From Gammaproteobacteria bacterium (GTDB lineage Bacteria > Pseudomonadota > Gammaproteobacteria > SZUA-229), in contig JABDQW010000024.1 of assembly GCA_013042055.1 (NCBI GenBank), positions 1-49,531 on the forward strand: DNA of 49,531 bases, read 5' to 3'. The position numbers were made by a program, and so were the translations under genes. The number at the start of each line of letters is the position of its first letter. Positions within the stretch are counted from its first letter, which is position 1. This document shows, piece by piece, positions 10,414-20,604 of this stretch. Under the pieces are notes generated by a model that was not told where the DNA came from, did no database searches, and worked only from the letters and a program-made list of their open reading frames with translations.

Positions 10414-12228
10414 TCATCGACCACGCTGAAACAGTTTGTCGAGTTCAGCGATAGACAACTGTACCCAGGTCGGTCGGCCGTGGTTGCATTGACCACTGCG
10501 TTCGGTCTGCTCCATGTCCCTTAGCAGTGCATTCATTTCGGGCAACGTCAGCTTGCGATTGGCGCGCACCGACCCGTGGCATGCCATGGTCGATAAGACT
10601 TCGTTGATGACGTCATGGATGCGTGTGCTGCTGCCATGTTTGATCAGATCAGAGAGGACATCTCGCAACAAGGCTTCGCTGTCACTTCGTGCAAGTACGA
10701 CTGGAATCTGACGAATACGCACCGTTTCGATGCCGGTCCGATCGGCCTCCAGTCCAAGTTCAGCAAAAATGTCTGGATGGGATTCAACCAGCGCGGCCTC
10801 TTTTTCACTGACATCAATTTTTATCGGAACCAGCAACGGCTGGGACGGGATACCGCTATTCAGCCATGCTTGCTTGAGACGTTCATACGTTATGCGTTCA
10901 TGAGCCGCGTGCATATCGACCAATACCAGACCATCGGCGTTTTCGGCGAGTACGTAGATCCCGTGCAGCTGCGCCCGCGCATACCCAAGCGGCGGAATCG
11001 GTTCAGCGTCGGTGTCCTGGTCTAGGGTTGCACGGCTATCCCGGGCGGCTGCATTCATCTGCTGATAATTGGACATCTGCTCAGCAACCGCAAATGACAG
11101 CGGTCTCTGCTGCCGATACATGCCAGCCGAGCCTGTTCGAGCAGAGATACTATCGGCACTAGACTGTGGCGTCGCTTGAGCGGCATCAAACACGACAGCA
11201 TCCAGTCGGTTCTGAGCCTGCTCCGGTCTTGAGTCCGCAATGGCTTTGTGGACTGTCCGATATATAAAATCATGCACACTGCGGCTCTGTCTAAACCGGA
11301 CTTCGTGTTTACCCGGGTGAGCATTGACGTCGACGCTGGACGGATCAAGCTCAAGAAACAAGACGAAAGCGGCATGCCTGCCGTGATAGAGCACATCCTG
11401 ATAGGCCTGGCGAATCGCATGCGCCACCAGCTTGTCGCGCACCATGCGGCCGTTTACGTAAAAATACTGCATATCTGCCTGACTGCGTGAGAACACGGGC
11501 TGGGCAACCCACCCCCATAGCCGTAAGTCATCGATCGCATAATCGACAAACAGAGCATTTTCGATGAACGCAGGACCGCAAACGCCAGCGATCCGCTTTT
11601 CTTGCTGCAGTCTGTCGGTGGCCTTACGCAACTGTTTGACCGCACGATTATTGTGCCGCAACGTGATATCGACACTAAAGTGGCTCAGGGCTATCCTCTT
11701 GACGACGTCCTCGAGATGGCTAAATTCCGTTTTCTCTGTGCGTAGGAATTTCCGTCGAGCCGGTACATTATAGAAAAGATCCCTGACTTCCACGGTGGTA
11801 CCACCGGCATGCGCTGCCGGCTTGATGTCATTTTGTTCGAGTGACGAGGTACTGACCGTCCACGCATCGGTCTGATTTTGCCATCGTGAGGTCAGGCTCA
11901 ACCGACTGACCGATGCAATACTGGGCAAGGCTTCGCCTCTGAAACCAAGGCTCTTGACGCGTTCGAGATCTTCCAGGCTTTTGATTTTACTTGTCGCATG
12001 TGGCGACAGCGACAGGATCAGGTCATCCCTGTGAATGCCATGACCATTATCGCGAATCCGGATCGACTTGGTACCACCCTGCTCAACATCGACCTCGATA
12101 TGGTTGGCATCGGCATCGAGACTGTTTTCTAATAATTCTTTGACGACCGATGCAGGCCGTTCGACCACCTCGCCTGCTGCGATCTGGTTGACCAGATGAT
12201 CGGACATGACATGGATACGACTTGGCAT
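10414..12228 (-). CDS. mutL: DNA mismatch repair endonuclease MutL
   Basis: 604 aa. N-terminal GHKL ATPase motifs: [28 protein letters not shown] and DNGHGI. Confidence 0.96.
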   Translation of the reverse strand: MPSRIHVMSDHLVNQIAAGEVVERPASVVKELLENSLDADANHIEVDVEQGGTKSIRIRDNGHGIHRDDLILSLSPHATSKIKSLEDLERVKSLGFRGEALPSIASVSRLSLTSRWQNQTDAWTVSTSSLEQNDIKPAAHAGGTTVEVRDLFYNVPARRKFLRTEKTEFSHLEDVVKRIALSHFSVDITLRHNNRAVKQLRKATDRLQQEKRIAGVCGPAFIENALFVDYAIDDLRLWGWVAQPVFSRSQADMQYFYVNGRMVRDKLVAHAIRQAYQDVLYHGRHAAFVLFLELDPSSVDVNAHPGKHEVRFRQSRSVHDFIYRTVHKAIADSRPEQAQNRLDAVVFDAAQATPQSSADSISARTGSAGMYRQQRPLSFAVAEQMSNYQQMNAAARDSRATLDQDTDAEPIPPLGYARAQLHGIYVLAENADGLVLVDMHAAHERITYERLKQAWLNSGIPSQPLLVPIKIDVSEKEAALVESHPDIFAELGLEADRTGIETVRIRQIPVVLARSDSEALLRDVLSDLIKHGSSTRIHDVINEVLSTMACHGSVRANRKLTLPEMNALLRDMEQTERSGQCNHGRPTWVQLSIAELDKLFQRGR

Positions 12229-12450
12229 GGCACTGCATTATATCTAGGTTCCGCTTCTGAAGTGAGAAATATCGAATGTTATTGTTGTAGACGCAAGCTG
12301 ACAGCAACCAGCCACATTGTCCGCGAAAGTCTGGTCCGACATTGGCATACGGAGCCGCCCAAGCTCGTGTTTATCCATGTGGATCTTGATTATCTGACGT
12401 AAACGTGAGATCATAAATCTACCCTTAACGTTAGATATAGGCGGGTGGTC

Positions 12451-12675
12451 ATGCAATTGTCATCAGATGTACTAATTCATATCAATGAAATGCCAAATCA
12501 GTCTGAGCAAGACAAGTTGGTGGAACAATTAAGGAATCTCGAAGGTTTCGTTGCCCCAAGTTTTAGAAAAGGAGCATATGCTTTTCGTTTCTTGCAACTC
12601 AGATACGATCGCTGCCACAGCTTTGCTGGAAGAGGTAAGGGAAATGGCTTTAAAGCGCAGCTCTTCGGTATGTAG
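12451..12675 (+). CDS. small hypothetical protein (about 74 aa), possibly frame-disrupted
   Basis: The ORF ends in a TAG that abuts the ATG of the MerR gene (12673-12678, TAGATG). The N-terminal half looks protein-like; the middle does not (see finding). Confidence 0.4.
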   Translation: MQLSSDVLIHINEMPNQSEQDKLVEQLRNLEGFVAPSFRKGAYAFRFLQLRYDRCHSFAGRGKGNGFKAQLFGM

Positions 12676-13140
12676 ATGTCTCAGCATTATTTCAAAATAG
12701 GTGAAGTCGCTGGCATGTTGAATACAACGCTACGTACCATCAGATACTATGAGGAGGAAGGGCTTCTCGAACCACACAGGACTGATGGAGGTACTCGTCT
12801 GTATTCAGAACACCACATAGATCGAATTAAAGCCATTCTACATCTGGCCGAAAATGGATTCTCCCTGGACATCATTGGATCAATAGGAAACACGAGGAAA
12901 ATCTGTGCAACAGGTGACGAAGGCAGTGAAAAATTTACAGAAATTATCGATAACGTAATTAAACATATCGAAGAAAGAGTATTTGGTCTGGAATCACTCA
13001 AATCAGAATTAAAAGCGTCCAGGAAACTGATTGCAAAATGTAAAGGCTGCAGTAACGAACCTTCAAGTAAAGGCTGTCCGGGGTGTCCAGTTAATCAAAA
13101 CCTTAAAAAAATAGAAGCTCTCAATCTGATATGGGAATAG
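12676..13140 (+). CDS. MerR-family transcriptional regulator with Cys-rich C-terminus
   Basis: 154 aa. N-terminal MerR winged HTH: YFKIGEVAGMLNTTLRTIRYYEEEGLL. The C-terminus carries CKGCSNEPSSKGCPGCP (CxxC-x8-CxxC). Confidence 0.85.
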   Translation: MSQHYFKIGEVAGMLNTTLRTIRYYEEEGLLEPHRTDGGTRLYSEHHIDRIKAILHLAENGFSLDIIGSIGNTRKICATGDEGSEKFTEIIDNVIKHIEERVFGLESLKSELKASRKLIAKCKGCSNEPSSKGCPGCPVNQNLKKIEALNLIWE

Positions 13141-13147
13141 ATCTACC

Positions 13148-13927
13148 ATGATGATATCGAAATCAGCTCAAGTTTCATTTCGCAGTGTCGCGCAATACCC
13201 GCAAAATCAACTCCGAATTGATGGCGGCAGTGTGCAAGTGCCGGTTACATACAAGCAGGCTTGGGATGATGGATTTGGAGCCAGAGGCTGGAAAGTGAAC
13301 GCCACAATTGGTGATCCAGAGATTATTGCCAGTACACGTGAGACTGGCCAGAGAATTAACACTTCTGTATTTATTCACGACATCCTGGACCATCTTCTTT
13401 CAGGTTTTGGCGTGAGTGGTCATCGAAGTGAAGCAATGGCTCTTATCCAGTTATCAAAACGAACAGGCTCCGATCCGGGCTCTGATTATGAACAGTTGGT
13501 GAGAGAAGATATTTTGAACGGCAGAGTGAATGGTGAAAAATTAATTGATTTTTTACCTGCCGATCTTTATGCCTTGATTCCTAAGAGTTCAACAATGACA
13601 GATCAGGATACGATTGCGTTTCTTCGCGATCAGATAGGAGAGCAACGCTTAATCAAATCTCTAGTGGATAATTTCTTCAACCTGGGCAGGAAAGGTGAAA
13701 ATCATGCCGACGCCAGCTGGAAGACACTAGGATTAGATAGGAATAAGAGAACAGATATTGGTCTTGCCTTGCAATCCCTTCTTGATGTAGTAGATCAAAC
13801 AGTAGAAAAGTTGGATGTAGAGGAGCTTCATGGAACGATCATTATTAATAATCGACATGTAACTTTTACTATGCCGGAAAGCAGCATCATTGATCCCATA
13901 GAGGGATACCAGGTAGCCATCGCCTGA
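13148..13927 (+). CDS. hypothetical protein, 259 aa
   Basis: A long ORF 7 nt after the MerR stop. I recognise no family. It contains FIHDILDHLLSGFGVSGHRSE, a possible metal-binding His/Asp cluster. Confidence 0.6.
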   Translation: MMISKSAQVSFRSVAQYPQNQLRIDGGSVQVPVTYKQAWDDGFGARGWKVNATIGDPEIIASTRETGQRINTSVFIHDILDHLLSGFGVSGHRSEAMALIQLSKRTGSDPGSDYEQLVREDILNGRVNGEKLIDFLPADLYALIPKSSTMTDQDTIAFLRDQIGEQRLIKSLVDNFFNLGRKGENHADASWKTLGLDRNKRTDIGLALQSLLDVVDQTVEKLDVEELHGTIIINNRHVTFTMPESSIIDPIEGYQVAIA

Positions 13928-14414
13928 CAGCATATGCCGTCGGCTAACAGGTAATCACGAAATGATACCGCTGAGATCCATGTAAACAATAGCTATGATA
14001 CATGCCCATACAACTAACTCAAATATCATGTCATCTAGCTGATAATCTTTTTTGTGTTGCATTATTAACCACTCACGAATTTATGACTGTTATTACAACG
14101 GGAGCAAAACACATGCCAGAAATTACAGCCGGTGGAGTAAAGACACAACTTAATGCGCTTAGAAGCCCTTGCCATAGGCATTACAGCCGTTCTGGTTATT
14201 TTTAATTATTGTTGAATTTGGTCACGACTGTTTCTTAACTCAGCATCAGCTGTAAAAAAAAGCAACAGCCTGCGGTCAAATATAGCCATTCAATAATTTA
14301 CTGAATTGGTGATAATCTACACGGAATAAGCTAACGGTGGCATCTGGGTAGCCAAGCTGCTTAGCCAACATACCCGAAATAGCCAAACCCCTCATGCAAC
14401 ATCCGGATTAGCAA

Positions 14415-15167
14415 CTACCCGTTATTGTCATCATTCCATTCAGACATGCGAGCGCGTAACCGGGCTAAAGCCTGACCGTGTATCTGACAGACCCGGCCTT
14501 CGGATACACCCAGGATCTCGCCGATCTCGCGTAGATTGAATTCCTCGTCATAGTAGAGTGCCATGATCAATCGTTCGCGTTCGGGCAGGCTCGCTATTTT
14601 GTCGGCCAGCCCTGATTTGAAATCCCGTTCCTGTAACTCCTGATAGGGGCCTTGCAGGTGCGCCGCCGATGATTCATCCGTATTGCCGCCAGTTGAGGTT
14701 ATATCCTCATAACTCAGCAGCTGACAGCCCGCAGCCTCTTTTACCAGACTGCTGTACTCCTGCATATCTATATCCAACAGCGCTGCGATCTCGCTATCTT
14801 TTGCGTCTCTACCTTCCCTCTCCTCGACCTCTCGGATGGCTTCAGATAGTTGCCTTGACTTTCGATAGACCGAACGGGGTGTCCAGTCACCGCGGCGCAC
14901 TTCGTCTATCATGGCACCACGTATTCGGATTCGTGCATAGGTCTCAAAGCTGGCGCCTCGGGACATATCGTAACCTTTTAGTGCTTCAAATAAGCCGATC
15001 ATACCGGCCTGTACCATATCATCCAGCTGTACTGTCGATGGTAGACGGCCCATCATGTGGTAGGCAATGCGTTTGACCAACGGCGCATAACGGGCCATCA
15101 GCTCATCATAGTTGGACGCATCGCCATTGAATGATTCAATTTCCGAATAGCTTGACGTGCCCGTCAT
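14415..15167 (-). CDS. fliA: flagellar sigma factor sigma-28
   Basis: 250 aa with sigma-70 family regions 2, 3 and 4 (LREIGEILGVSEGRVCQIH). It follows flhF-flhG. Confidence 0.93.
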   Translation of the reverse strand: MTGTSSYSEIESFNGDASNYDELMARYAPLVKRIAYHMMGRLPSTVQLDDMVQAGMIGLFEALKGYDMSRGASFETYARIRIRGAMIDEVRRGDWTPRSVYRKSRQLSEAIREVEEREGRDAKDSEIAALLDIDMQEYSSLVKEAAGCQLLSYEDITSTGGNTDESSAAHLQGPYQELQERDFKSGLADKIASLPERERLIMALYYDEEFNLREIGEILGVSEGRVCQIHGQALARLRARMSEWNDDNNG

Positions 15168-16051
15168 CAGTACGCTCCAGCGACATCAACATCCGAATTA
15201 ATCATACGTTCAATGAAGAATTCGAGCTGCCCGCCGATTTGGTCTTTTTCTGGCCACTGGTCGATCTGCTTCGCTACCCGTTTTAACGCCAGTGCGGACG
15301 GACTTCTTGGATAAGCCTCGACGACCGCACGTTGATGCTGGACCGCTTTACGCAGCCGTTCATCGTACGGAATGGTCCCCAGAAATGTCAGCATGACGTC
15401 GAGAAACCGGTCGGTTGCTTTGGACAATTTATTGAATAGCTCGCGTCCTTCGTGCGTGGAGTGCGCCATATTCGCGAGAATCTGGAAACGTTCTATTTTG
15501 TGCTCACGGCTCATGACCTTGATGAAGGCATAAGCATCGGTAATTGAAGCGGGCTCGTCGCAGACAACAACCACCACCTCCTGGGACGCACAACAAAAAT
15601 TCACCACACTGTCGGATATGCCTGCCGCTGTATCAACAACCATGACATCAAGAGCGTGGCCCAGCTCGTTAAATGCATTAATCAATCCTGCCTGTTCTGT
15701 TACCGTCAGATTGGCCATCTGACTGACACCGGATGAAGCCGGAATTACTTTAAGATTAGCCGGCCCTTCGATAATGACTTCGTCCAGCGACCGTTCACCG
15801 GTGATGACATGTGACAGATCGTAAGCTGGGTTAAGCCCAAGCAGAACATCGACATTGGCCAATCCGAGGTCGGCGTCCATTAGCAGGACCTCCTTGCCAT
15901 CTTTGGCCAATGCGGTCGCAAGGTTGACTGACACATTTGTCTTGCCCACTCCTCCTTTACCACTACTGACAGCAATCACTTTTACCGGCTTTGGGTTGAC
16001 CATTTTTCTCAGACCCGTTGCTTGATCGTGTTTAACCTCAGACATGTGCAT
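15167..16051 (-). CDS. flhG: MinD-type ATPase FlhG (FleN), flagellar number regulator
   Basis: 294 aa with the deviant Walker A SGKGGVGKT. It lies downstream of flhF. Confidence 0.9.
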   Translation of the reverse strand: MHMSEVKHDQATGLRKMVNPKPVKVIAVSSGKGGVGKTNVSVNLATALAKDGKEVLLMDADLGLANVDVLLGLNPAYDLSHVITGERSLDEVIIEGPANLKVIPASSGVSQMANLTVTEQAGLINAFNELGHALDVMVVDTAAGISDSVVNFCCASQEVVVVVCDEPASITDAYAFIKVMSREHKIERFQILANMAHSTHEGRELFNKLSKATDRFLDVMLTFLGTIPYDERLRKAVQHQRAVVEAYPRSPSALALKRVAKQIDQWPEKDQIGGQLEFFIERMINSDVDVAGAY

Positions 16052-17303
16052 TGTCTACCATCCCACCAAATGTATAGGCCAGTTCCTCTTCGGAAGGCGT
16101 TTGTCGTGTTTGTTGCATTAATTTAACCGCTTCCCTGACCAGCAATTTTCCGCGCGCCTTGTGCAAGTTATCTGGCACTTTTTGTCCGTCACTGACATAC
16201 GCGATCGGTAGCTTGTGCTGTATCAGCACTGAGAGTATTTCTCCCAGGCTGGCTGCTTCGTCTATTTTTGTCAGAATACAGCCTTGCAAGCCGGCCGGAG
16301 CAAACGCACGAATAACATCATCCTGTAAATGCCGTTGGCCTGTCGCGGACAAAACCAGGTAATTTTTGATCGGCGAACCATCGACTTTAAGTGTAGACAA
16401 CTGTTCAGCTAAACGCATATCTCGATGACTGACACCTGCAGTATCGATCAATGTAAGTTTGTGCTGGCCGCTATGTTCGAGGACGTGTGTTAACTCGTCA
16501 CTATCAGATGCAACCTGCACTGGCACACCCAAGATGCGGCCATAAGTGCGCAATTGTTCATGTGCGCCGATACGATAGCTGTCAGTTGTCACCAATGCGA
16601 CGCTGCGTCGACCATGACGTAATGCGAAACGCGCCGCCAGTTTAGCGATAGAGGTTGTTTTACCAACACCGGTGGGACCTATCAGTGAGACCACTCCACC
16701 TTGCTCGAGTAGATCACCTCTGGCAATGGGTACCAGGGACGATAACAGTTTCAAGGCCTCGAGCCAGTTGTGTTTGTGCAGTCCTTTGTTGGCGACTCTG
16801 TTTGAAATCCGCTCGCACAGCTGAGGGCAGATCCCCAACATCATCAACTGTTTTAACAGGCTTGCGTACAGCGGTTTGACGCGCCCCACTTCGCCCCATG
16901 CAAACTGCATCATCGGGGCCTCCATAATGTCGCGCAGACCTTTGAGCTCATCCTGGATTCGGGCCAGGGCCGGATCCAGCTCGGGCTTACCCGGAGCAGA
17001 TTCTGTTGTCGCACTCGAACTATACGCTTGATCTTCAGGCCCAGTGTCGAACGCCTGCTTTCGTGTCCTGGCTGCCTTGTTGTCTTTTGATGACATATCC
17101 GAATCCGTGATCTCACTCGCCTTACCCGCGGGATTGCCCAGGGAAGCATTGACCAGCGCGTCCTCGTAGTCGATCGCAGCGATAATTTCCACACCACCTG
17201 CGACGCGCCGGTTGGACAGAATCACCGCATCTGGCCCCTGCTCTTCGCGTACTTCACGCAAGGCCTGACGCGCATCAGACGCAAAATAACGTTTCATTTT
17301 CAT
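16038..17303 (-). CDS. flhF: SRP-type GTPase FlhF, flagellar placement
   Basis: GPTGVGKTTSIAKLA, DTAG and TKIDE motifs. I place the start at MKMKRYFA (17303), which has an upstream GGAAGGGTGAG and avoids overlapping flhA. Confidence 0.9.
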   Translation of the reverse strand: MKMKRYFASDARQALREVREEQGPDAVILSNRRVAGGVEIIAAIDYEDALVNASLGNPAGKASEITDSDMSSKDNKAARTRKQAFDTGPEDQAYSSSATTESAPGKPELDPALARIQDELKGLRDIMEAPMMQFAWGEVGRVKPLYASLLKQLMMLGICPQLCERISNRVANKGLHKHNWLEALKLLSSLVPIARGDLLEQGGVVSLIGPTGVGKTTSIAKLAARFALRHGRRSVALVTTDSYRIGAHEQLRTYGRILGVPVQVASDSDELTHVLEHSGQHKLTLIDTAGVSHRDMRLAEQLSTLKVDGSPIKNYLVLSATGQRHLQDDVIRAFAPAGLQGCILTKIDEAASLGEILSVLIQHKLPIAYVSDGQKVPDNLHKARGKLLVREAVKLMQQTRQTPSEEELAYTFGGMVDNAHV

Positions 17304-17323
17304 GATCTCACCCTTCCTTTTAA

Positions 17324-19423
17324 TCAAGCCGTGGTGGCGTTCTTGCTACCGACCGCAGCCACAACTTTTATCTGTTTGCTATCCGGTACTTCGTTATATG
17401 CAAGTACATGCAGATTTGGTGCCAAACTTCTCAACAGTTTCGCCAGTACCGGGCGCAGTGCCGGCGAAACCATCAGGACGGCGGCTCTATTGCCCGCTTC
17501 TTGGTGCTGGATGCATTGATTCAGTTCCGAAATCATCTGTTCGGCCAGCCCCGGTTCTATGCCCAAACCCTCTTCTGGCGCGGTTTGCACGGATTGCTGC
17601 AAAATCTGTTCCAGCTCAGGATCCAGTGTGATCACGGCCATTTCATGCGCCATGCCATTGATATGCTGGTATATCTGGCGAGACAACGAAGCGCGAACGG
17701 CAGCTGTCAGCACGTCAGAGTTTTGGCTGGTGGGTGCGTGCTCCGCCAAAGTTTCGGCAATCGTGCGCATGTCGCGTATCGGCACTCCCTCCATCAGCAT
17801 GTTCTGTAATACCTTCAACACGGCACCGAGCGGCAGCATCTTCGGTACCAGATCCTCTACCAGCTTCGGTGAAGTTTTTGCGAGCATATCCAGCAGATGT
17901 TGTACTTCCTCGTGGCCGATGAGTTCGTGTGCGTGCTGGTGCAGCAGATGACTCAGATGGGTGGCGATCACGGTACTGGTGTCGACCACGGTATAACCCA
18001 TGGTTTGCGCTTCGTCGCGTATCGAGGCATCGATCCAGACAGCCTCAAGACCGAAGGTTGGATCCCGTGTTTCTATGCCATTGAGTTTGCCAAAGACCTG
18101 TCCCGGATTGATCGCCAGCTCCTTATCCGGATAGACTTCGGCTTCGCCGAGTGGCACGCCCATCAGTGTGATTCGGTACGCAGTTGGCGACAGGTCCAGG
18201 TTATCGCGGATATGTACGGCCTGAATCAGGAAACCCAGTTCCTGCGATAGCTTTCTGCGAACGCCTTTGATGCGCGTCATCAATTGCCCACCCTGGCTTT
18301 TGTCTACCAACGGAATCAAGCGGTATCCAACCTCCAGACCGATGACGTCGACCATGGGCACATCATCCCAGCTCAGATCAGTGTACTGTGGCTCGACTTC
18401 GGGCTGTTCGACTTCTGTAGCTTCCTGTTGTCGCGCCTCCTGCTGGCGTTGACTGATAATGAACGCCAAACCACCAAACAAGCCACCGAGGCTTAGAAAA
18501 ACCAAATTCGGCATTCCCGGGATCAAACCCAGGGCGCCGACGATACCCGCTGTAATCGCAATTGGTCGTGGTCGGCTCATCAGCTGGGCCAGCACCTGCT
18601 CGCCCATGTCCTTGGCAGCAGACACACGAGTGACGGCGATAGCGGCGGCGGTCGATAGCACCAATGACGGAATCTGCGCGACCAGTCCGTCGCCAATCGT
18701 CAACAATGTGTAGTTATGGGCAGCCTGCATGAAAGAAAGCTCATGCTGCACAATACCTATACCCAGGCCGAAAATAATATTGATGAACAAGATTAGAATC
18801 CCGGCGATGGCATCACCGCGGATGAACTTACTAGCACCATCCATGGAACCATAAAAATCCGCTTCGGCTGCTATCTCTTTGCGGCGCGTGAGCGCTTCCT
18901 CTTGCGTGATCAGGCCTGAATTCAGGTCTGCATCGATGGCCATTTGTTTACCAGGCATCGCATCCAGCGTGAAGCGTGCATTTACTTCGGATATGCGTCC
19001 AGTGCCCTTGGTCACGACGACAAAGTTGATGATCGTGAGCACCGCGAACACGACCAGCCCCACGGCATAATTACCACCGACGACAAACTCGCCGAACGAC
19101 TGGATGACATTACCCGCAGCATTGGTACCGCTATGACCTTCTAGCAACACGATCCGGGTTGAAGCCACATTCAACGCCAGACGCAATAAAGTCGCCGCCA
19201 ATAAAACCGTTGGAAACACATCGAAATCCAACGGCCGGGTGGAGTAGATGACGACCAGTAACACCACCAGCGACAAGGCGATATTGAAAGTGAAGAACAG
19301 ATCCAGCATCAATGGTGGCAGTGGCAGCACCATCATCGCCAACATGGCTACGAGCAATATCGGAATGCCGAACCCAGTCAACGGCAGGGCGCGGACGCTG
19401 GATAAGCTTAGGCTATAACTCAT
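17324..19423 (-). CDS. flhA: flagellar export gate protein FlhA
   Basis: 699 aa with an N-terminal polytopic domain containing the FHIPEP block and a C-terminal cytoplasmic domain. Confidence 0.96.
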   Translation of the reverse strand: MSYSLSLSSVRALPLTGFGIPILLVAMLAMMVLPLPPLMLDLFFTFNIALSLVVLLVVIYSTRPLDFDVFPTVLLAATLLRLALNVASTRIVLLEGHSGTNAAGNVIQSFGEFVVGGNYAVGLVVFAVLTIINFVVVTKGTGRISEVNARFTLDAMPGKQMAIDADLNSGLITQEEALTRRKEIAAEADFYGSMDGASKFIRGDAIAGILILFINIIFGLGIGIVQHELSFMQAAHNYTLLTIGDGLVAQIPSLVLSTAAAIAVTRVSAAKDMGEQVLAQLMSRPRPIAITAGIVGALGLIPGMPNLVFLSLGGLFGGLAFIISQRQQEARQQEATEVEQPEVEPQYTDLSWDDVPMVDVIGLEVGYRLIPLVDKSQGGQLMTRIKGVRRKLSQELGFLIQAVHIRDNLDLSPTAYRITLMGVPLGEAEVYPDKELAINPGQVFGKLNGIETRDPTFGLEAVWIDASIRDEAQTMGYTVVDTSTVIATHLSHLLHQHAHELIGHEEVQHLLDMLAKTSPKLVEDLVPKMLPLGAVLKVLQNMLMEGVPIRDMRTIAETLAEHAPTSQNSDVLTAAVRASLSRQIYQHINGMAHEMAVITLDPELEQILQQSVQTAPEEGLGIEPGLAEQMISELNQCIQHQEAGNRAAVLMVSPALRPVLAKLLRSLAPNLHVLAYNEVPDSKQIKVVAAVGSKNATTA

Positions 19424-19441
19424 GCATATATCTCCTGATGT

Positions 19442-20593
19442 TTATGGTTCATCCAGATCATCCCTGAGTGCATCGGCCCATTCATCGGGTATGGGTAGAT
19501 CGGTCGGTTCTACCGGGATGGCATCATCCGCCTGCAGCGAGTTGAGCTGGTAGACGTAAGAGAGTATGTTGGCGACTGCCACATAGAGTCCCGCCGGGAT
19601 TTCCTGGTTGAGATCCGTGCTTGCATACAAGGCACGTGCGAGTGGTGGTGCCGAAACGATTGTGACGTCGTGCTTGTCGGCCACCTGGCGAATGCGTGCA
19701 GCAACCAAGTCAGCGCCCTTGGCGACTACGAGCGGTGCTTGCATGCGGGTAGCGTCATAGCGTAATGCCACTGCATAGTGCGTCGGGTTGGTAATCACCA
19801 CGTCCGCCTGCGGTACCGCTTCCATCATGCGACGCTGCGACAGTTCCTGTTGCAGCGCTCGAATCCGGCCTTTGACTTCCGGTCGACCATCGGTTTCCTT
19901 GGTCTCGTCTTTGACTTCCTGTTTTGTCATCCTCAATTGCTTGTTGTGTTGCCAGAGCTGGAACGGTACATCGATGGCAGCGACAATGATCAAGACACTG
20001 CTAGAGGCCAAGAACGACCAGCCGCAGAGGCTCGCCACGTGAGCCAGCGCGGGTTTTATTGATTCCGCACCGAGGCCGAGTATCTCATCGACCAGCGACC
20101 ACAAAAACACAATCGATATCGCCGCAACCAAGGTGAATTTTGCCAGCACCTTGAGTAGTTCCATCAGGCCACGCCAGGCGAAGATGCGTCCGATACCCTT
20201 GACCGGGTCAAGCTTTTCCCATTTGAAGCTGAGCGCCTTGGTACTGAATGACCAGCCCCCCAAGCCTATCGGCGTGAACACGACGACAACCATCAACAAC
20301 AGAAATAACGGGGCAACTACCAGCAGACTCTGCAGCAGGGTATTGCCGAGCAGTGCGATTAAGCCACTCTTGTCGATATCACGTGCTTGTTCTAACGCGA
20401 GACCATTACTCATGATGTCCTGCATACCGGTCAGAATGCTCTCACCCATCAGCAGAAATCCGCCCGCCGAAGCCATCAGCAATGCCATGCTGTTGAGTTC
20501 TTTCGACCGCGGAACCTGGCCTTTTTCACGCGCTTCCCTGAGTCGTTTGGGGGTAGGTTGTTCGGTGCGTTCCTGCCCGGTTTCCTGTGCCAT
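19442..20593 (-). CDS. flhB: flagellar export switch protein FlhB
   Basis: 383 aa with the NPTH autocleavage site (VVITNPTHYAVAL). Confidence 0.95.
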   Translation of the reverse strand: MAQETGQERTEQPTPKRLREAREKGQVPRSKELNSMALLMASAGGFLLMGESILTGMQDIMSNGLALEQARDIDKSGLIALLGNTLLQSLLVVAPLFLLLMVVVVFTPIGLGGWSFSTKALSFKWEKLDPVKGIGRIFAWRGLMELLKVLAKFTLVAAISIVFLWSLVDEILGLGAESIKPALAHVASLCGWSFLASSSVLIIVAAIDVPFQLWQHNKQLRMTKQEVKDETKETDGRPEVKGRIRALQQELSQRRMMEAVPQADVVITNPTHYAVALRYDATRMQAPLVVAKGADLVAARIRQVADKHDVTIVSAPPLARALYASTDLNQEIPAGLYVAVANILSYVYQLNSLQADDAIPVEPTDLPIPDEWADALRDDLDEP

Positions 20594-20604
20594 TGATTAG
20601 GTCC

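Noticed and set aside
14002-14205. 67-aa plus-strand ORF in the AT-rich spacer after the 259-aa gene.
   Set aside because: No ribosome-binding site is evident, the composition is unprotein-like, and AT-rich DNA readily yields such ORFs.
14338-14352. Plus-strand TGGCAT-CTGGG-TAGC with correct sigma-54 GG-N10-GC spacing, pointing into the 3' end of fliA (antisense).
   Set aside because: The -12 element is TAGC rather than TTGC. No plus-strand gene follows (only a 5-codon ORF). A single half-good match in AT-rich spacer is expected by chance. It would be worth a look only if antisense fliA RNA is seen.
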